A stretch of DNA of 64,000 nt from Nageia nagi (taxonomy: Eukaryota; Plantae; Pinophyta), in the NCBI GenBank assembly GCA_050084985.1, contig JBITNC010000002.1, positions 23,498,001 through 23,562,000 on the forward strand. The letters run 5' to 3'. Positions 23,804 through 38,540 of this stretch are shown piece by piece. Within the stretch, counting starts at the first letter, position 1; each line of letters opens with the position of its first letter. The translations under genes and the position numbers were made by a program. Under the pieces are notes generated by a model. That model was not told the origin of the DNA. It ran no database searches and was given only the letters and a program-made list of their open reading frames with translations.

Positions 23804-26800
23804 TGTTAATCACTTCTTGGAATACTTGAGGTCTTCACGGCCCCAACAAACTCTGATTTGTAAAAGCCTTTGTTCGCTCTGCCAAACCCTCTATGTTTCT
23901 AATTCAAGAAACCAAAATGCTTGCTTCAGAACTTAGTGCCTACAGAAGACATGTTTGGCTGAAATCTTATGCTTTTGCTAGCGACTCTAGGGGTCAATCT
24001 GGCGGTATAGCTACATTATGGGACCCATCCCAACTAGCTTGCTCAACAGACATTATTAATAGTTCCTAGATGGTGATCTTTGCAAAATGCCTTATTTCAG
24101 GGCTCACCTTCGCTGTAATTAACATTTACAGTCCCCAAGATCCAACCCAACAAGTTGATTGTTGGAGACAAATTTCCAGTTGGATTTCAGTACACAGGCA
24201 CATTCCAACCATTGTTGGGGGCGACTTCAATGCTATAAGATACCTAGAAGAAAAGGAAGGAGGCATCCAAAAATTAGACAAAAGTGATGAACTCTTCAAT
24301 GATTTCATCGATCAACAACAATTTATTGAGCCTTTTTGCACTTAGTGGAGGTTTACTTGGACCAACAAATGATCAGCAGAGCACAAAGTGCTCAAGAAGC
24401 TAGATAGATTTTTGCTTACCCATCATTGGTCTGAGTAAGGCTATCTTTTGCAAATAGAGGTTGTGAACCAAGGTGGATCAGATCACTGGCCCATCTACTT
24501 AACCTTAGAATAATCTAAGAAGAGAAAGGGATCTCCCTTTCATTTCGAACATATGTGGCTTATGCACCCATAGTTTACAGAGCTTGTGGAAGATTGGTGA
24601 ACAGAAGAGAGGCAAAGTGAGGGGTCCAAAATGTTTTAGTTTGTGGTTAAACTGGGTAGTCTAAAGGCAAATTTGAAGCAGTGGAATAAGGATGACTTTG
24701 GTAATATCACTAAAAAATGTAATCAGCTAGAAAGTGAACTAGAACTTGTAGAATCTCACCTTCAGATAGACAGTGATGACTCATTGCTACAATAGGAGTA
24801 GCTTTTACTCAAGAAATTGAATGAAATTTACCTTCAAGAGGAAATTCATTGGAAATAAAAATCATGCATTCAATGGCTGAAGGAAGGAGACTGAAACACC
24901 AAATACTTTCACCTAACAACCTTGGCACACAGAACCACTAACAGAATCATGAGCTTAAATACTCCCTCTAGCCAAACCATTTCCATCCCAGAGGAACTGG
25001 ATACCCACATCATATCTTTTTTTGAGACATTTCTCACTAAAGATAATTTGTCTCGAGAAGATGCTCAAAACCACTTCTTGGATCTCATCCCTACAGTTGT
25101 GTCTCCTATACAAAATTCCTCCCTGTTGACTCCAATATCACCTGAAGAGGTGGAAAAGGCAATTTTCTCTATGAAAAGTTTTGGTGCTCCAGGCCCTGAC
25201 GGATTCCCCCTTGTCTTTTACCAGCACTTTTGGTCTCTGCTTCAGAATGAAGTTGTTGAGGTAGTCCAAGAGTCCTTCTCTTCAAAGAGAGTTCTAGGCA
25301 GGATGAACCATACTTTCTTAGCTATCATCCCCAAAATTGAAGATGCTAAAACTATTGATGCTTTTAGACGTATTTCCCTTTGTAATTCAATCTACAAAAT
25401 TATCACCAAAGTAGCTGCAAATAGGCTGAAAAAGATCATCCTTGATATAATCTCTGATGAGCAAAAGGCTTTTACTAGAGGACGATAGCTTATGGATGGT
25501 GCCATCCTCATACAAGAGCTCATCCATTCTCTAACGGTCAAAGGTGATAAAGGTCTGCTTATCAAGCTGGATATGATGAAAGCCTTTGACAGGATCAATT
25601 GGGATTTCTTACAAAATGTGATGCTTAAGTTTGGATTTGACACATGGTGGGTACAATGGATATCTAGGCTCATCGACCAACCATCCTTCTCCATCCTCAT
25701 CAATGGGAGTGTACAAGGCTATTTCAAAAGTACACATGGTTTATGCCAAGGTGACCCACTTTCACCGTACCTATTCATAATAGTGGCAGAAGCCCTAGGT
25801 AGAGGCTTGCAATAGCTAAAATCATCAGGCCATATCAAAGGGCTACAACTAAATCATCTTTTTCCCCCACTCACTCACTCCCAGTTTGCAGATGATACAA
25901 TGCTAATAGTTTATTCTTCCATCCAGGAGATGCAAAAGATAAAAGGTCTACTTAATACATATGAATTAGCCTCAGGACAAGCTGTGAACTACAAAAAATC
26001 AAAATTATATGGGATAAACATGCCTTCTTCCCTTCTCCAGCTTATGGTAAGAAAATCTAGCATGAAGATAGACAAACTCCCAAGTTTCTACTTGGGCCTC
26101 CCCCTTTTCCAAGGAGGAAATGTTGGTAACCTCTGGGATTCTCTAATATCCAAATTCCATTCCAAAATGGATAGTTGGAAGGCTAACTAGCTATCAACAG
26201 CAGGTAGACTTATCAAGATTAAAGCAATACTTAGTGCTCTCCCAATCTTCTAGTTAGGAGTTTTTTGGCTACCTACAAAGGTCCTGAACAAATTGGAACA
26301 ACTCATGAGGAATTTTCTATGGTAGGGTCAGCAAGAGACTACCAAACCTCATTTAGTATCATGGCCAATTATTTGCAAGGACCTCATAGTTGGAGGTATT
26401 GGTATTAAGATCCTCAGGCCTATGAACATCACCCTCCTGGGGAAGATCATTTGGTGATGCTACAAAAACCCCTCCTCATTATGGAGCCAAGCGTTGAGAT
26501 CAAAATAATTGGACACCCCTAATCCTTCTTGGATCTTCACTACAACAGATGTTCCATATGGATCCATTGTCTGGAATGGACTTAAGAAAGCCAGACTCCA
26601 CTTGATCTATAATGTAAAATGGGCTGTAGGCAAAGGCGATAAAGTTCACTTCTGGGCTGACCCATGGATTACTGGACACCCACTCTTAGCTATGGAGTCT
26701 CTAAGTCGAATTCACCCTATCCTGAACAACCTATGGGGGGATAAAGTCATTAATTACTATGAATGGGTGGAAAGGGAGGGAGTCCTTCATCCAGTTTGGA

Positions 26801-27560
26801 AAAGCCTAGATGGGATTCTTTCTAAGCACCCAGTTGAAAAATAGTCTCTTCAAGCTTTGCTGCACTCACACTAGCTCAAACCAAATAAGCATTATTCAAT
26901 CATATGGCCTTCTTCTTCCTCAGATTCTTATTCAGTCAAGTTAGCATACAACCATTTTATCAATCCTTCCTCTACATAATGGGTCCCTAAAGTATGGGGC
27001 AAGGTATGGAAAAATAAAGCATGGCCCAAGGCTCAATTTTTCCTTTGGATAGCAGTGCATGACAAGTTTCTCTCAGGGGAGCAACTTCATAAGAGAGGTT
27101 GGCCAGAAATTCTGATGTGTATCCTTTGTGGTAATAAAGTAGAAATGGGTCCTCACCTCTTACTCCATTGTACTTATGCTTCTATTTGGGGTAAGCTTCT
27201 AGATATCTTCTCTCTGCCTTGGGTCCCTCCAGCTAGTATGGGCTCCCTTCTGTTATCTTGGTTCCACCCAAAAGCCAATAAAATTCCTCAGATTATCTGG
27301 CATGCAGCTCCAGCTATGCTAGCCTGGAATCTTTAGGTTGAAAGAAACAATAGGATCTTTCAACACACAGTGTGGACAAAGGAGGTGTTGTGGGAACAAA
27401 TAGGATCATAGTTTGGCAACATCTGGCTTGCTCACTCACCGGCAAACACTAAGTCATGCTTGGAATTGGAACAACTCTGTCCTTGGCATCCCCTTACCCG
27501 AGCATGGAATTGCAAAGTATAGGACAACCAAGAGTCTACTCTTCATAACAAGGATTCATA
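23803..27560 (+). pseudogene. LINE ORF2 (APE endonuclease, RT, zf-RVT), disrupted by nonsense codons
   Basis: MLITSWNT.GL; IQETK; GGDFNAIR; SDHWPI; APGPDGF; LDMMKAFDR; QGDPLSPYLF; FADDT; C.LC...E...HLLLHC. All ORF pieces 24070-27336 are in the same frame. No RNase H domain is seen. Confidence 0.95.
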
Positions 27561-30500
27561 GTTCACCAACTGTAGATTGGTTATTTTGGATTTATGTCAT
27601 TTGTAAGACTGGTTCCATTTAGGCTTTAGTGTACTCAGTATTGTCCATAGGTTTCACCATTTAGTCTCGCAAGTACTCGGCTGCTTAGACATTTGGTTTT
27701 TGTAATTTCTTCCTCGTTTCAATAGCAATTTTATTAACTTATCAAAAAAAAAAAACATGAATCATGCTAGAATTCTTCACAACCCCTTCCTTGCTATCTT
27801 TTCAAATCTAACAATATCACTCATTTGTGGGTATGTCATACATACTCACATCAATTGACTATAGTCATAAGCTAATTCTAGTTTGTACTCTATAGCTCAG
27901 TTCAACTTTATCCTCCCTACTTAGCCTTGTTACATCAGCCACATCATCTTAGTCACTTTTCTTAACAATCTGATCTATATTACTACACAATTGTAACAAC
28001 ACCTAACAATTTAAACTCTCAATTCACTTCTTATATAGTTACAGATACGTGTAACCATCAACTACACTTACTTATAATTTTAACTATTTTTTAGTTGTAC
28101 ATCAACTTTTATAGAATCTATATCCATTCCTTTAACCATACTTGAATGTTGAAACCTATTAAGAATAACTATCACATGTATGCTAGTAACTATTATCCAT
28201 ATGCTGGTATTTGATAATAGAATTTGAATGCCATACATAATTTTCGCACCTTGCTCATCAAATCTAAATTTTGATAATATTCCTTACATGTTAACAATTT
28301 ATATAGTATTTAATTTATTGTTTGGTTCTTTAACAAGCTTGTCAGCATCAAATTCATTGTCTAAGATTCAATTTGGTGATAGAGCACCCTTGTTGGTACT
28401 TTAACTTGGTAGCTATCAAGTATTCTTATCTAAGGTATCAGATCCTTTATATTTTAGGCACCATCCATTTTCTAGCATCATCCATTGATTGCTCCTTTGG
28501 ATTATCTTTCTTATTGATCTTCTAACTTGATCACCTTGATACCATCTTACCTTAGATATTGAATTCAATCCAGTTTCGTATTACTGATGTCATCTACTAG
28601 CATTTTACCTTATCTCTTTACTTTATTTCATTTTTCAATACTCAAGTGATTCAAGTTTGCACCTTTCTTGTCCACTCTATCGATCTTAGTTCATTTTAGG
28701 TCTTCATTAAACTACTTATGTCATATAAAAGTGTCATATTCATTATCCTTCATTTGTCAATCCTCAACTTATTTATTAGAGAGTCCATTCCTTCATGTCA
28801 TTAGATTCAATGTACTTTAAGCAATCTTTAGTATGTTGATGTCATCAACCTAAGGCCCTTGTTCTTTCTTCATTACCAATACTCAACCTTAGCCACTTAT
28901 GATCCTTTTCATCTTAACTATTGGAATGTGTTCATTTAGGAGAGCCATCAAACTGTTGACATCATATACTGCACCTACATCATGTTTCTTCATTACCTGA
29001 TCTTTAACTTTTTCATGTTGCATTTTTCTCTCCTATACCATCAAAATTAGTTCTTTTTGAGGTCATTTCCATTTTCTTACATCATTCACTACTAGTCTAT
29101 CTCATTGTCTGCATTCCTTAGAACTTAACTTTGATACCATTGAGTTTCCTTTCCTAAGATGTTGGACTTAATTTATTTTAATGCACCACTTTTCTACTAA
29201 CATCATATACTTAGAATACACTATTTTATAGCATATGTCTAACCAACATACTAGTAACTAATCTTATCAACCAATAATTGACCAATTATGCTTGATAATA
29301 CTAATACACACTTGAGAGCATAGATAAAAATGTAGCAGTACCCAGTAGTACTAGTAAACATCCAATAATACCAAGTTTAGACTTGGCATGTGTTCAATCG
29401 ATACCTGAGCATGTGTTTAATAACCCTTCTGATATGTGCTTAATAACTCTTCAAACTTACATATCTTAGTCTCCATTCAATAAATATCTTACTATGTTGA
29501 CAACAATGATAATATCTTTATAGTATCACCCATATTTGTGAAATAATGGTATTTTCATAGCAATCTCCCCATTTCAAATTGTTGGCGACACACATGACTA
29601 ATAACTACCATTGCTATTTCCTCTCCCCCTCTAACAACAATAAAAAGGGGCTGCAAAATCCCCCTGAGTTTGTACATAATATTCTTAAGTATACATTAGT
29701 AAAATAATGAATAACAATAAATAAGAAAATCCCCTTGAGAATAAGACCCCAATTTAATGACCTGGTGTTTGGAAAGTGTTACCACTCCCAATTTCTATCT
29801 CAAATATTCAAAAGTTTATTTTGGTAGTGGTTTTGTGAAAATATAAACAACTTGTTTTGAAGTAGGCAAAAACCCATTTAACTTCTCCTTCAACAATTGT
29901 TTTCTATCAAAAAGTGATATCTTATTGGAATGTGCTTAGTTTATTATCATAAAGTATAGGAATAGGATCAATACAAATTATTTCAATATTTTTCAAGATT
30001 TATTTCATCTATAATACCTATTTTTGCTATGCCATGAAACTAGATTGTCCTCAAGTTAAAACATACATCCACTAGTGCTCTTTATGTCATCTATACATGC
30101 TACCCAATTTACATCTAAATAAGAAAATAAAGTGAAATCCATACCTTTAGGGTTCCACAAGCCAAACTCTATGGTCCCCTTCAAATATCTAAAGATTCTC
30201 TTCATAGCTTGTGCATGTATCTCCTTTAGATTAGATTGAAATCTAGCAAGCATACTAATAGCTTGTAATATTTTTGGTCTAGTAATAGTCAAATACAATA
30301 AGCTACCAATCAGGGAACTATACATGGTATGATAAACACTTTGTGAATTATCCATTTATCTTACTTTGCAACTACTTTTCATGGGATACCAATAGGTTTA
30401 CTATGCTTCATGTTGAATTTATTTAATATCTCCTTAAAATACTTGATTTGTGAGATAAATATACTTTTTTCTTATTGATTGAATTGTAAACAAGGAAAAT

Positions 30501-33500
30501 ATACAAGGTCACTGATCATGGACATTTCAAACTCCTTCATTTTGTTTGCAAAATCATTACAAAGGTCATCCTCTACCAAAAATAATATCATCAACATAAA
30601 CAATAACTATTATCAAATGTCCATATTAATTTTTCACATACAAGTTACTACCAACTATACCCTGTTTAAATTCTTATTTTGAAACATACTTATTCAATAT
30701 ACCATATCAAGAACTTGGATCTTATTTCAATCCATACAATACCTTTTTGAGTTTACATTCCATGCTAGGATCATATCCCCACTAAAATCCATCTGGTTGT
30801 TTAATGTAAATTACCTGTTCTTCTAGAATGCCATTCAAAAATGCAACCTTAAAATCCATGTGAAAAACTTTAAAATTTTTGTATATAGCTAAAGTAAGAA
30901 ACATTTTAATGATTTAAAGTATAGCTATTGGTGCAAAAGTATAATCAAAATCAATACCTTTTACTTGAGCATAGCCTTTACATATTACTCTTTCTTTGTT
31001 ATGACAATATCACCTTTTTCATTAAACTTATTTATCAAAACCCATTTTGTACCTATTACATTCTTATTGGTTAGTCTTGGAAGAAGCTCCCATATTTTAT
31101 TTTTTCAACATAATTGAGCTCCCCTTCCATAGATTTTATCCAATTCTTATCCTTACAAGCTTTCAACACACTTCTTTGTTCAATGTTAGATAATAATGAA
31201 TAATTAATATGTTCTTGAGATTGAACAATCCTTATTCTAGTTTGAATACCAAATTGAGGATCATTGATTATTTACTCTTTTCGATGATTTAATTGAACAT
31301 AACTTTTGGGAGATTTTGGATTGGATGGTTGCACTTATTTTTCCTTTTCTTTCACTTCCTTTTCACCTTCAACAAATTCATCATAAGTAGGATATTGTTC
31401 TTGAATTTTTGTAACTGATTCAATTCCCTCATCAACTCTTACATCAACACTATCTATAACCCTTTTAATCCTCTTGTTGTAACATTTATATGCCTTTATC
31501 TTGGAAGAATAAATAAGGAATATGCCTTCATTTTATCTATCATCAAACTTACCAATATTTTTGTTAGTATTCTTAATATAACACTTGCTACCAAAATTCT
31601 TAAAGTGTCTAATATTGGCTTTTCTACCAAACCATAACTCATATGGTATCTTATCTTAATGTGGCTTAACCAAATATTTGTTATAAATATAAAAACAAAT
31701 ATGTATAGCCTCTTTTAAAAATGATCAGCCATTTTACTTTTTGCTAGCATGGTTCTTGCCATTTCTTGAATTGATCTATTCTTCCTTTCCATAACACCAT
31801 TTTTTTGAGGTGTTTTTGCTACTAAAAATTAACTTTTAATGCTATAGTTTTTATAAAAATTAGTAAAATCTTCTAAAATAAACTCACCTCCTCTATTTTA
31901 CCTTAAGCATTTGATATTTCTTCCAATCTAATTTTCAATAATACTTTTTAAATATTTGAACATGTTAAGAGCCTTTGATTTATGCTAATAAATTGTATCT
32001 ATGTCATTCTAGTAAAATCATCAATACATAACATAAAATATCTATGACCATGTATCGTGTGAGCTCTAGTTGTTCCACATAAATCAGTATGCACAAGTTC
32101 AAGTGATTTACTAGAATAGTACTCCTTAACTTTGAAAGAAGATCTAGTTTGTTTACCTTTTTGGCATGAAGGGCATATGTGATTTGATGGTTTTGGGATG
32201 CATGGTATGTCTCTTACTACCTTAATTGAGCTAATATTTTCAATATTATCAAAGTTTATATGACCCAATCTCTTGAACCACAACTAGTTTATATCCTCCT
32301 AATTTAACATACAAGAACTTTCAATAGTTTCATTTAAAGTGTATAACTTCAAAATTTTTCTTGTTCCATATGCCACTAGTTTTCCATTGACTTCTCTTCT
32401 TATCTCTCATTCATATTTTTTGAAAATAAAATCATTTACTTTATCACAAATTTGACTTAAATTATTAAGCTATGATTTAAGCCAACCACAAATAACACTT
32501 TTTCAAATTTAGTCTTTCCATTACCAAGCTTAATAATGCCTTTGTCTACTATTTCAGCTCCATCATTATTACCAAACTTTTACCTTTATACTTTTCTTAA
32601 TTTTCAAATCTATGTTTATCACCATTCATATGTTTATATCAGCCACTATTAAGGATCCATGGCTTAGGTTTTCTTTGAGTTTAGAAGGTAGTTTGCATAA
32701 CTAAAAACTTGATGAAATTGTCACTATTTTCTTTCTATACCTGCTTGAGCTTGGCCTTAACTCTTTTTAGGGAAGGACCTTCTTCACTTGATTGGTTCTT
32801 TTCTTCTATTTAAGTCTTGTTTTTACAAAATGTAGCAATGTTGCTAAAGTTATGAAATTTATAGCATTCTACATCATATTCAATCAATGGAGAAAATACA
32901 TTTTTTTGCATAAGATTTAATGGTTGATTTCTAAGCTTGCAACTCAATGACAAAAATTATTGCATTTATAACAATAATCATAAAATTCTTATCCATTATC
33001 AAAATAGGAAGGGATATATCTATTTGAATTATAATAGGTATGGATTGTAGGTATATCAATCATTGTTGCAAATATTCTCCCTATATGAGTAACGATCACA
33101 GCTCTAAAATAAGATATGATCATTCATGTAGAAAAATAATTTATTTGTAAGCAATGCATGATATAGGATAAGAAATAAAGGAGCCCACAATATCCTTTAT
33201 TATGGCCATATCCTCACCAATTCAAACCAAGATTATTTCCTCTTTATGGGAAATATCCATACTAACTTGAAAGAAACCTTCATACAAATGTTTACTGTAT
33301 ACCTAACTAGTTATTAAGGTTAATATTTACCATCATACCTTTGACAACTACATTTTATTTTTTAATCAAGTTGTATTCATTTCATTTGCAATATTAGTAT
33401 CATTTTATCTCTTAATCAAGTACTTGTTGCCATTAACTTTTATTAATATCAAAAGGATTATCAGCATGTATGTACTTTCTCATTAACTTTTCTCTTCAGA

Positions 33501-34563
33501 ATATTTTTCAAATTTTTAGATATTTTGACACAATTTGTACCTAGCATCATTGTCACCCATAGGAAGAAGTTGTTGTTATGCACATATTAGCTTTATGATA
33601 TCCATCCCCAAAGGGATGGTCCAACATTAGGTGCCTCAACATTATTTCTAGTTAATGAAATGAAGAAAAAAAAACCTAGATAATCAATTCACATTTCCTC
33701 ATCAATACTTGCTAAAATATCTCACATGTTGTTACAAACTCAAGTTCATTATGCTTTGTAGGAGACAAAATGGTTGAATATGATAACAACCAAAGCACTA
33801 TGTCCAAATATCTTTTGCAAACTGATGCTCTTTACTAGGATATAGCAGGATAGAGATGAGCTAAATCTCTATAGGGTATGGGGTGACGTTATGCATAAGG
33901 ATCTCTTGAACCTTTGTTTGAGGAGGACACATATTTCACCTAGTATAAATGAGTAAATTTATTTGTATATTCTTATTGGTTTATGAGCATGGGGAAGTAT
34001 GAAAGACGAAGGTAATGGATTTATTGTGATAGACTACTTGAACCTTTGATGCTTTGAAACTATTCACTTCTTGACACCATTTTTATTATTCAAGTCATTA
34101 ATACATTTTTTAACATTATTTTATTACATTATATTACAAAAAATGAAATTATTAATGATATAAAATATATTTAATATCATATATATTTTTTAATATTGCA
34201 GTATATCTTTAGAACATAAAAAAGAAAATTTTGAAAAATATCAAAATTTTTATATGTATGATATTTTATAAAAATATTTTTATGGTTATATGTGATGGAT
34301 ATTGAAAAATGTATATTATTTTTAAATATGCTTACAAATGAAGTGGTATTAAATTTTAATATATTTTATTCGTCATGAAAAATATGATTGCAAAATAGCT
34401 TTATAACCCCATGAGTATCATAATTCAAGATCACATGTTATTATTATGAAATGCCTATTATTATCCAACTAAAATATGGGCATATCAATTTGCAAATAGT
34501 GTTTTCCATGACATGGTATTTTCTTTCTATGGGGAAAATAGAAACATTTATTTTTTTTTTGTA

Positions 34564-34868
34564 ACTACTTCAATAGACTAGATTGGATCCAAAAAGAGAA
34601 ATAATGCTTTGCTTCTTATACTACTTCAATAAACTAAATTGGATCCAAAAAGAGCTACACAATTATATGTGGATCTCTTATTATCCATGTGCCTACTGTA
34701 ATATTTATCATTATAAGTAAATAAGAAGAATTGATTATTTTATTTGTATTCTAGTCCATATTGAAATCTCTTATGATCAATGAACTTATTATGACCTTCA
34801 TCTATGTATTTAACTGAGAAGAATTGATCATTCTATTTCTAATATAATCCATATTGAAATCTACTATG
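34564..34868. repeat. Two small local direct duplications (~35 bp and ~53 bp)
   Basis: actacttcaata.acta.attggatccaaaaagag at 34564 and 34620; agaagaattgat.att.tattt.ta...tccatattgaaatct at ~34724 and ~34817. Confidence 0.75.
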
Positions 34869-37199
34869 GAAATATCTTAAAAACCTACTTGATAACCTTT
34901 AATAATATATCTTTTGTTCTTACATGAACCTTGAAAGATAGCTAGTAATATCGATGATATTCAATTGACTATGATGAATAAGACCTTAAATTGATTGATG
35001 ATAATGTATTTGATTATCTTAGATTAATTTTTAAAATATGATAGTTGTAGCCCTATCTCCATTATTGTAAATATAGGTATTAGGTTTTCCATATATTCAA
35101 TCTAGGATATTAAAGTAAAATAGAACAATATCTACTATGTCAAATGTTATTCTTAAATCATTCTTCATCTTACCAATTAGATTATAAGTACTACTTATAC
35201 GAAAAAGTATTTACACCTAATTTTAAACACTTTTTGGGCTGAAATTATTTATCACATGATTCTTACAATATTATGATAAATTTTAATGTTATAAATTTTA
35301 TTATTATCATTAAAGGTTCAAATTTAAGTAATATCTTTTGTATGTTTTTCTTTATTTATTTCAAGGCCCATCATTGTTGATGTTACTTACTAATGATGCT
35401 ACATGGTATATGTTGTATCTTTAAAATGGAGAAAAATATTCATGAAATCAACATCAATTCTTCATTTCGATAAGACCATACATATATATACTTTAAAAAA
35501 TAGTTATGCTATCACTTAATTCCACACATCGAAATTGGGATCTATTATACTCAAAAGCTATCTATCATTCTTTCATAATACATAGTATATACAGGACTAG
35601 GCTTACATATGATTATACTAATTTTAGATCTAGGATTAATTAATCTAATTTTAGATGATAAAATGCAACACTAAACTATAATAAAGAATGAAGCAATTAT
35701 ATATAATTTAATTAATAAGAAAAGGTACACAGTTTTTTGTGATCACTCAATAACTAATGGAAGTAAATTAGGATAATACCAATAATAAAATTGAAGTAGT
35801 GGTATGGTTATAACATGACCTAACCTATGAGATGATGGCTAGTAGATGCATACTTGTTACTTACTTGGATGATGAAGATACAATTGAGAAGAAGTATGTG
35901 TACATAATTTTTTAGATCTTATGTCTTAACATGATATCTTGAATGTATCTAACTATTAGTGTTGGTCATAGTATTGGCATTAGGGATCCTAGATATACAA
36001 GTTATTCACTTTGGCACTAATGTCATTGGCTCTTCTTCTAAGATAATGGCAAAGTAAATGATAGCTCTTGAGTGTAACATATTCCAATCTTGATAGGTAA
36101 TGTTGAAGAACACCAATAAGTTTGTGAGAGATATATATAATTGTATAAAGATAAAATCTTGATAGTCTTCCCATTTATATAATTCACAATTTTATAGTTT
36201 AAGGAATATATTTGAATGCACCTTGGAATGTTAGCACTGACGCTAGTGTTCCAACATATTAAATAATAGAATTATATATAATAAGTAACATAGGTAGATC
36301 ATAAGATATATTTGAAATATAACATAATTTAATATTAATCATAACATAATGAGGGTTATGTGACATATAATTTAGCTCAAAAAAGATACCAAATTATGTG
36401 TCAACACATGCCCCACTTTACAAGTTTTAATGAATTAAATTAAAATTAATGCTAGCAAAGTAAAAGAAAAAAAGAAACTTCTTACTTTTTTGTGGATATT
36501 CATAGAATCAATAATTTATTAGTTATGTATGATACCCCCTCTTTACATTGGTTTTTGTTGGAGTGACCAATAAGAAGCAATTTCAAAGAACTTGTGAAAA
36601 ATAGAAATATCCTCAAAAGATCATAAGATTATTATGTATTTCATCTTGGAAAAATAAACATGTAAGAGGAAATATGAAACCACTATAGTACCTAGGAGCT
36701 TTCACTACCCATAGATATGAAAAATTAATACATGATATGTTAATGAAATAAAATCCAAGAAATTAATTATTCATAACAATAATCATAGTGATGGTTATTT
36801 TAAAACTTACCAAAAAGGTGATTATAAAAAAGTATAGAGATTGTTAGTTAAAAACCAATTAAAAAATATTTTCGTAAAGTATTTGTGATGTCATCATCAT
36901 GAACTATATCATTAAAGATATCCTTTACCCTATATACCATCAAGAAGATGTGTACACATTAGTGATGGTTAATTATTTCCCAACCAACAAAGGATGTGAG
37001 CATAAATTGATGTCACAAAGGCAAAATAAAGTGAAAGTTATTAGGATAAATGTAGAAGAAATAGTGAATAGAAACATAAAGAAGGCCATTATATGATTAT
37101 CATAGACAAAAATTTGAACTTGTGATCCTCACCTAGCTAAGCATCGATGGGAAGTGAGACAAGAATGAAATCACATTCATGATTTGAATTATATGGTAA

Positions 37200-38380
37200 A
37201 GATAAAAATGGAGGAAAAAAGAAGAGTATAGAGAAGAGGGAAATAAACAGTAAAGAGGATCCAAAGAAGGTCACTACTAAGGAAATTCATATTTCTATTA
37301 ATCTTAAGGATGATGAAATAGCACTAAATCTCAATGAGCTAAAAACTAGAGCCACTAAATCCATAATCAGAGGTCAACTACATAGCAAATACTTATTTCA
37401 AAATGCAATAAATAATTTTCAATATGAGAGTGAGGTTAGTTTGAGGCTACTCACTTCGAACTTTTTTATGTTCATTTTTTAAAATATTAATGACTATATA
37501 TGAGTAATGAAGTATAAACTAAAATGGTTCTTTAGGTAAATGGGAATCTATATGCAAAAATGGCCTAAAACATTTAACCCTTGTACTAAGAAGGTAAATG
37601 GGTGTCCATTTTGGATCAATCTATATGGATTACCAATGAAATTATATAGTAAAAAAGGTTTAGTAAATATAGGAAGAGGTATTGGATTATTTCAAGGACT
37701 AGATGATTATACTAAAGAAAATACAAAAACTCAATTTTTATATGAGAAAAGATAGATTAGCTATATGGATGAAATTATCTACTCCATGTCCAAAACTCAT
37801 CTTCCTTTCTTCAAGTTGGGGGTCTTATGTACAAAATATTGAATATGAGAGTTATTCCATTAGGTGCTATTATTGTCAAAAAATAGGCCATTAGATTTAG
37901 AACTACACAAAAAGGAAGAAGACTCAAACCCCAAAGAGCAGACAACTAAGGAAAATTCATCTAAGGAAAATGAGAAAGACTTAAAAGAAGATAATAGAAA
38001 TATGATCTATAAAGAAATTACTAAATCTAAAGATCTATTGGAAAAGAAAGGTGAAGAAAAAAATAAACATTAGAAAATTCAATTCAACATAACTTAAGAA
38101 ATAGTATAACAAAATAAAGAAAATTCCAAGAATGGAATGAGAGATGTCATCAAATGTAGAAGTAAGTTGGAGGATCCATGTACAATAAATAGATGCATAA
38201 TAGAGAATATATGAATTAAATGGAGAACAAAACACTTGTTGAAACTCCAACTCAAAATCCCAAGCCATGAGTAGGAGAATTTGTTGTGATAAGGATTTAA
38301 AATTCTAAATTCCAAATTGGGCAGCCCTAGGAATAGTCAAATCACTATGGATGGGAATGAAATTCTATTAGACCTTAGGC
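37200..38380 (+). mobile_element. Old LINE 5' remnant (ORF1 only)
   Basis: KW.K.FNP....CPFWINLYGLPMKLYS..GL.NIGRGIG.F..LD and IEYESYSIRCYYCQKIGH (DUF4283/zf-CCHC type); frameshifted. Confidence 0.8.
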
Positions 38381-38478
38381 GGTAAAGCAAGGGTGGGAGT
38401 TTTAAAAAGTTAAAGTTTGAAATATTGAAACATCTTTAATATCTCATAAATATGATCTATAGATGCTTTATTTTTGTA

Positions 38479-38497
38479 GTGTGTGTGTGAATGTATA

Positions 38498-38528
<31 letters not shown>

Positions 38529-38540
38529 ATAATATATATA
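38479..38540. repeat. (GT)n/(TA)n microsatellite
   Basis: Seen directly. Confidence 0.9.

Larger units (their letters stand above)
22291..27753 (+). mobile_element. Near full-length L1-clade LINE with poly(A) tail and 17-bp TSD
   Basis: TSD aacatgaatcatgctag at 22274-22290 and 27754-27770; A-tail at 27744-27755; ORF1 and ORF2 are both recognisable. Confidence 0.97.
21860..33100 (-). mobile_element. 5'-truncated Ty1/copia element: gag zinc knuckles, protease, integrase, RT, RNase H and a ~2.2-kb 3' LTR interrupted by a LINE
   Basis: Protease WILNSG.YKHMNGDK (~32660); WFKRLGHINF..C.SCQKGKQTR..LELVHTDLCG (31999-32283); YSSLIGSLLYLTITRP..MKRIFRYLKGT..KSTSG (30056-30355). PPT ggggagat precedes the LTR start at 29562. 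The LTR far end is tgttag...ctgagaggggggtgaatca at 21860. Confidence 0.9.

Noticed and set aside
25392-25703. Antisense ORFs over TE coding regions (also 20111-20470, 24126-24308, 59623-59856)
   Set aside because: Shadow frames of retroelement genes.
33760-33880. Exon-like tttgtag...gtatgg segment
   Set aside because: The frames I translated contain stops or no recognisable domain, and there are no supporting neighbours.
35850-36260. Possible minus-strand gypsy gag fragment (DP.CQYY..H)
   Set aside because: Too degenerate to support a call.
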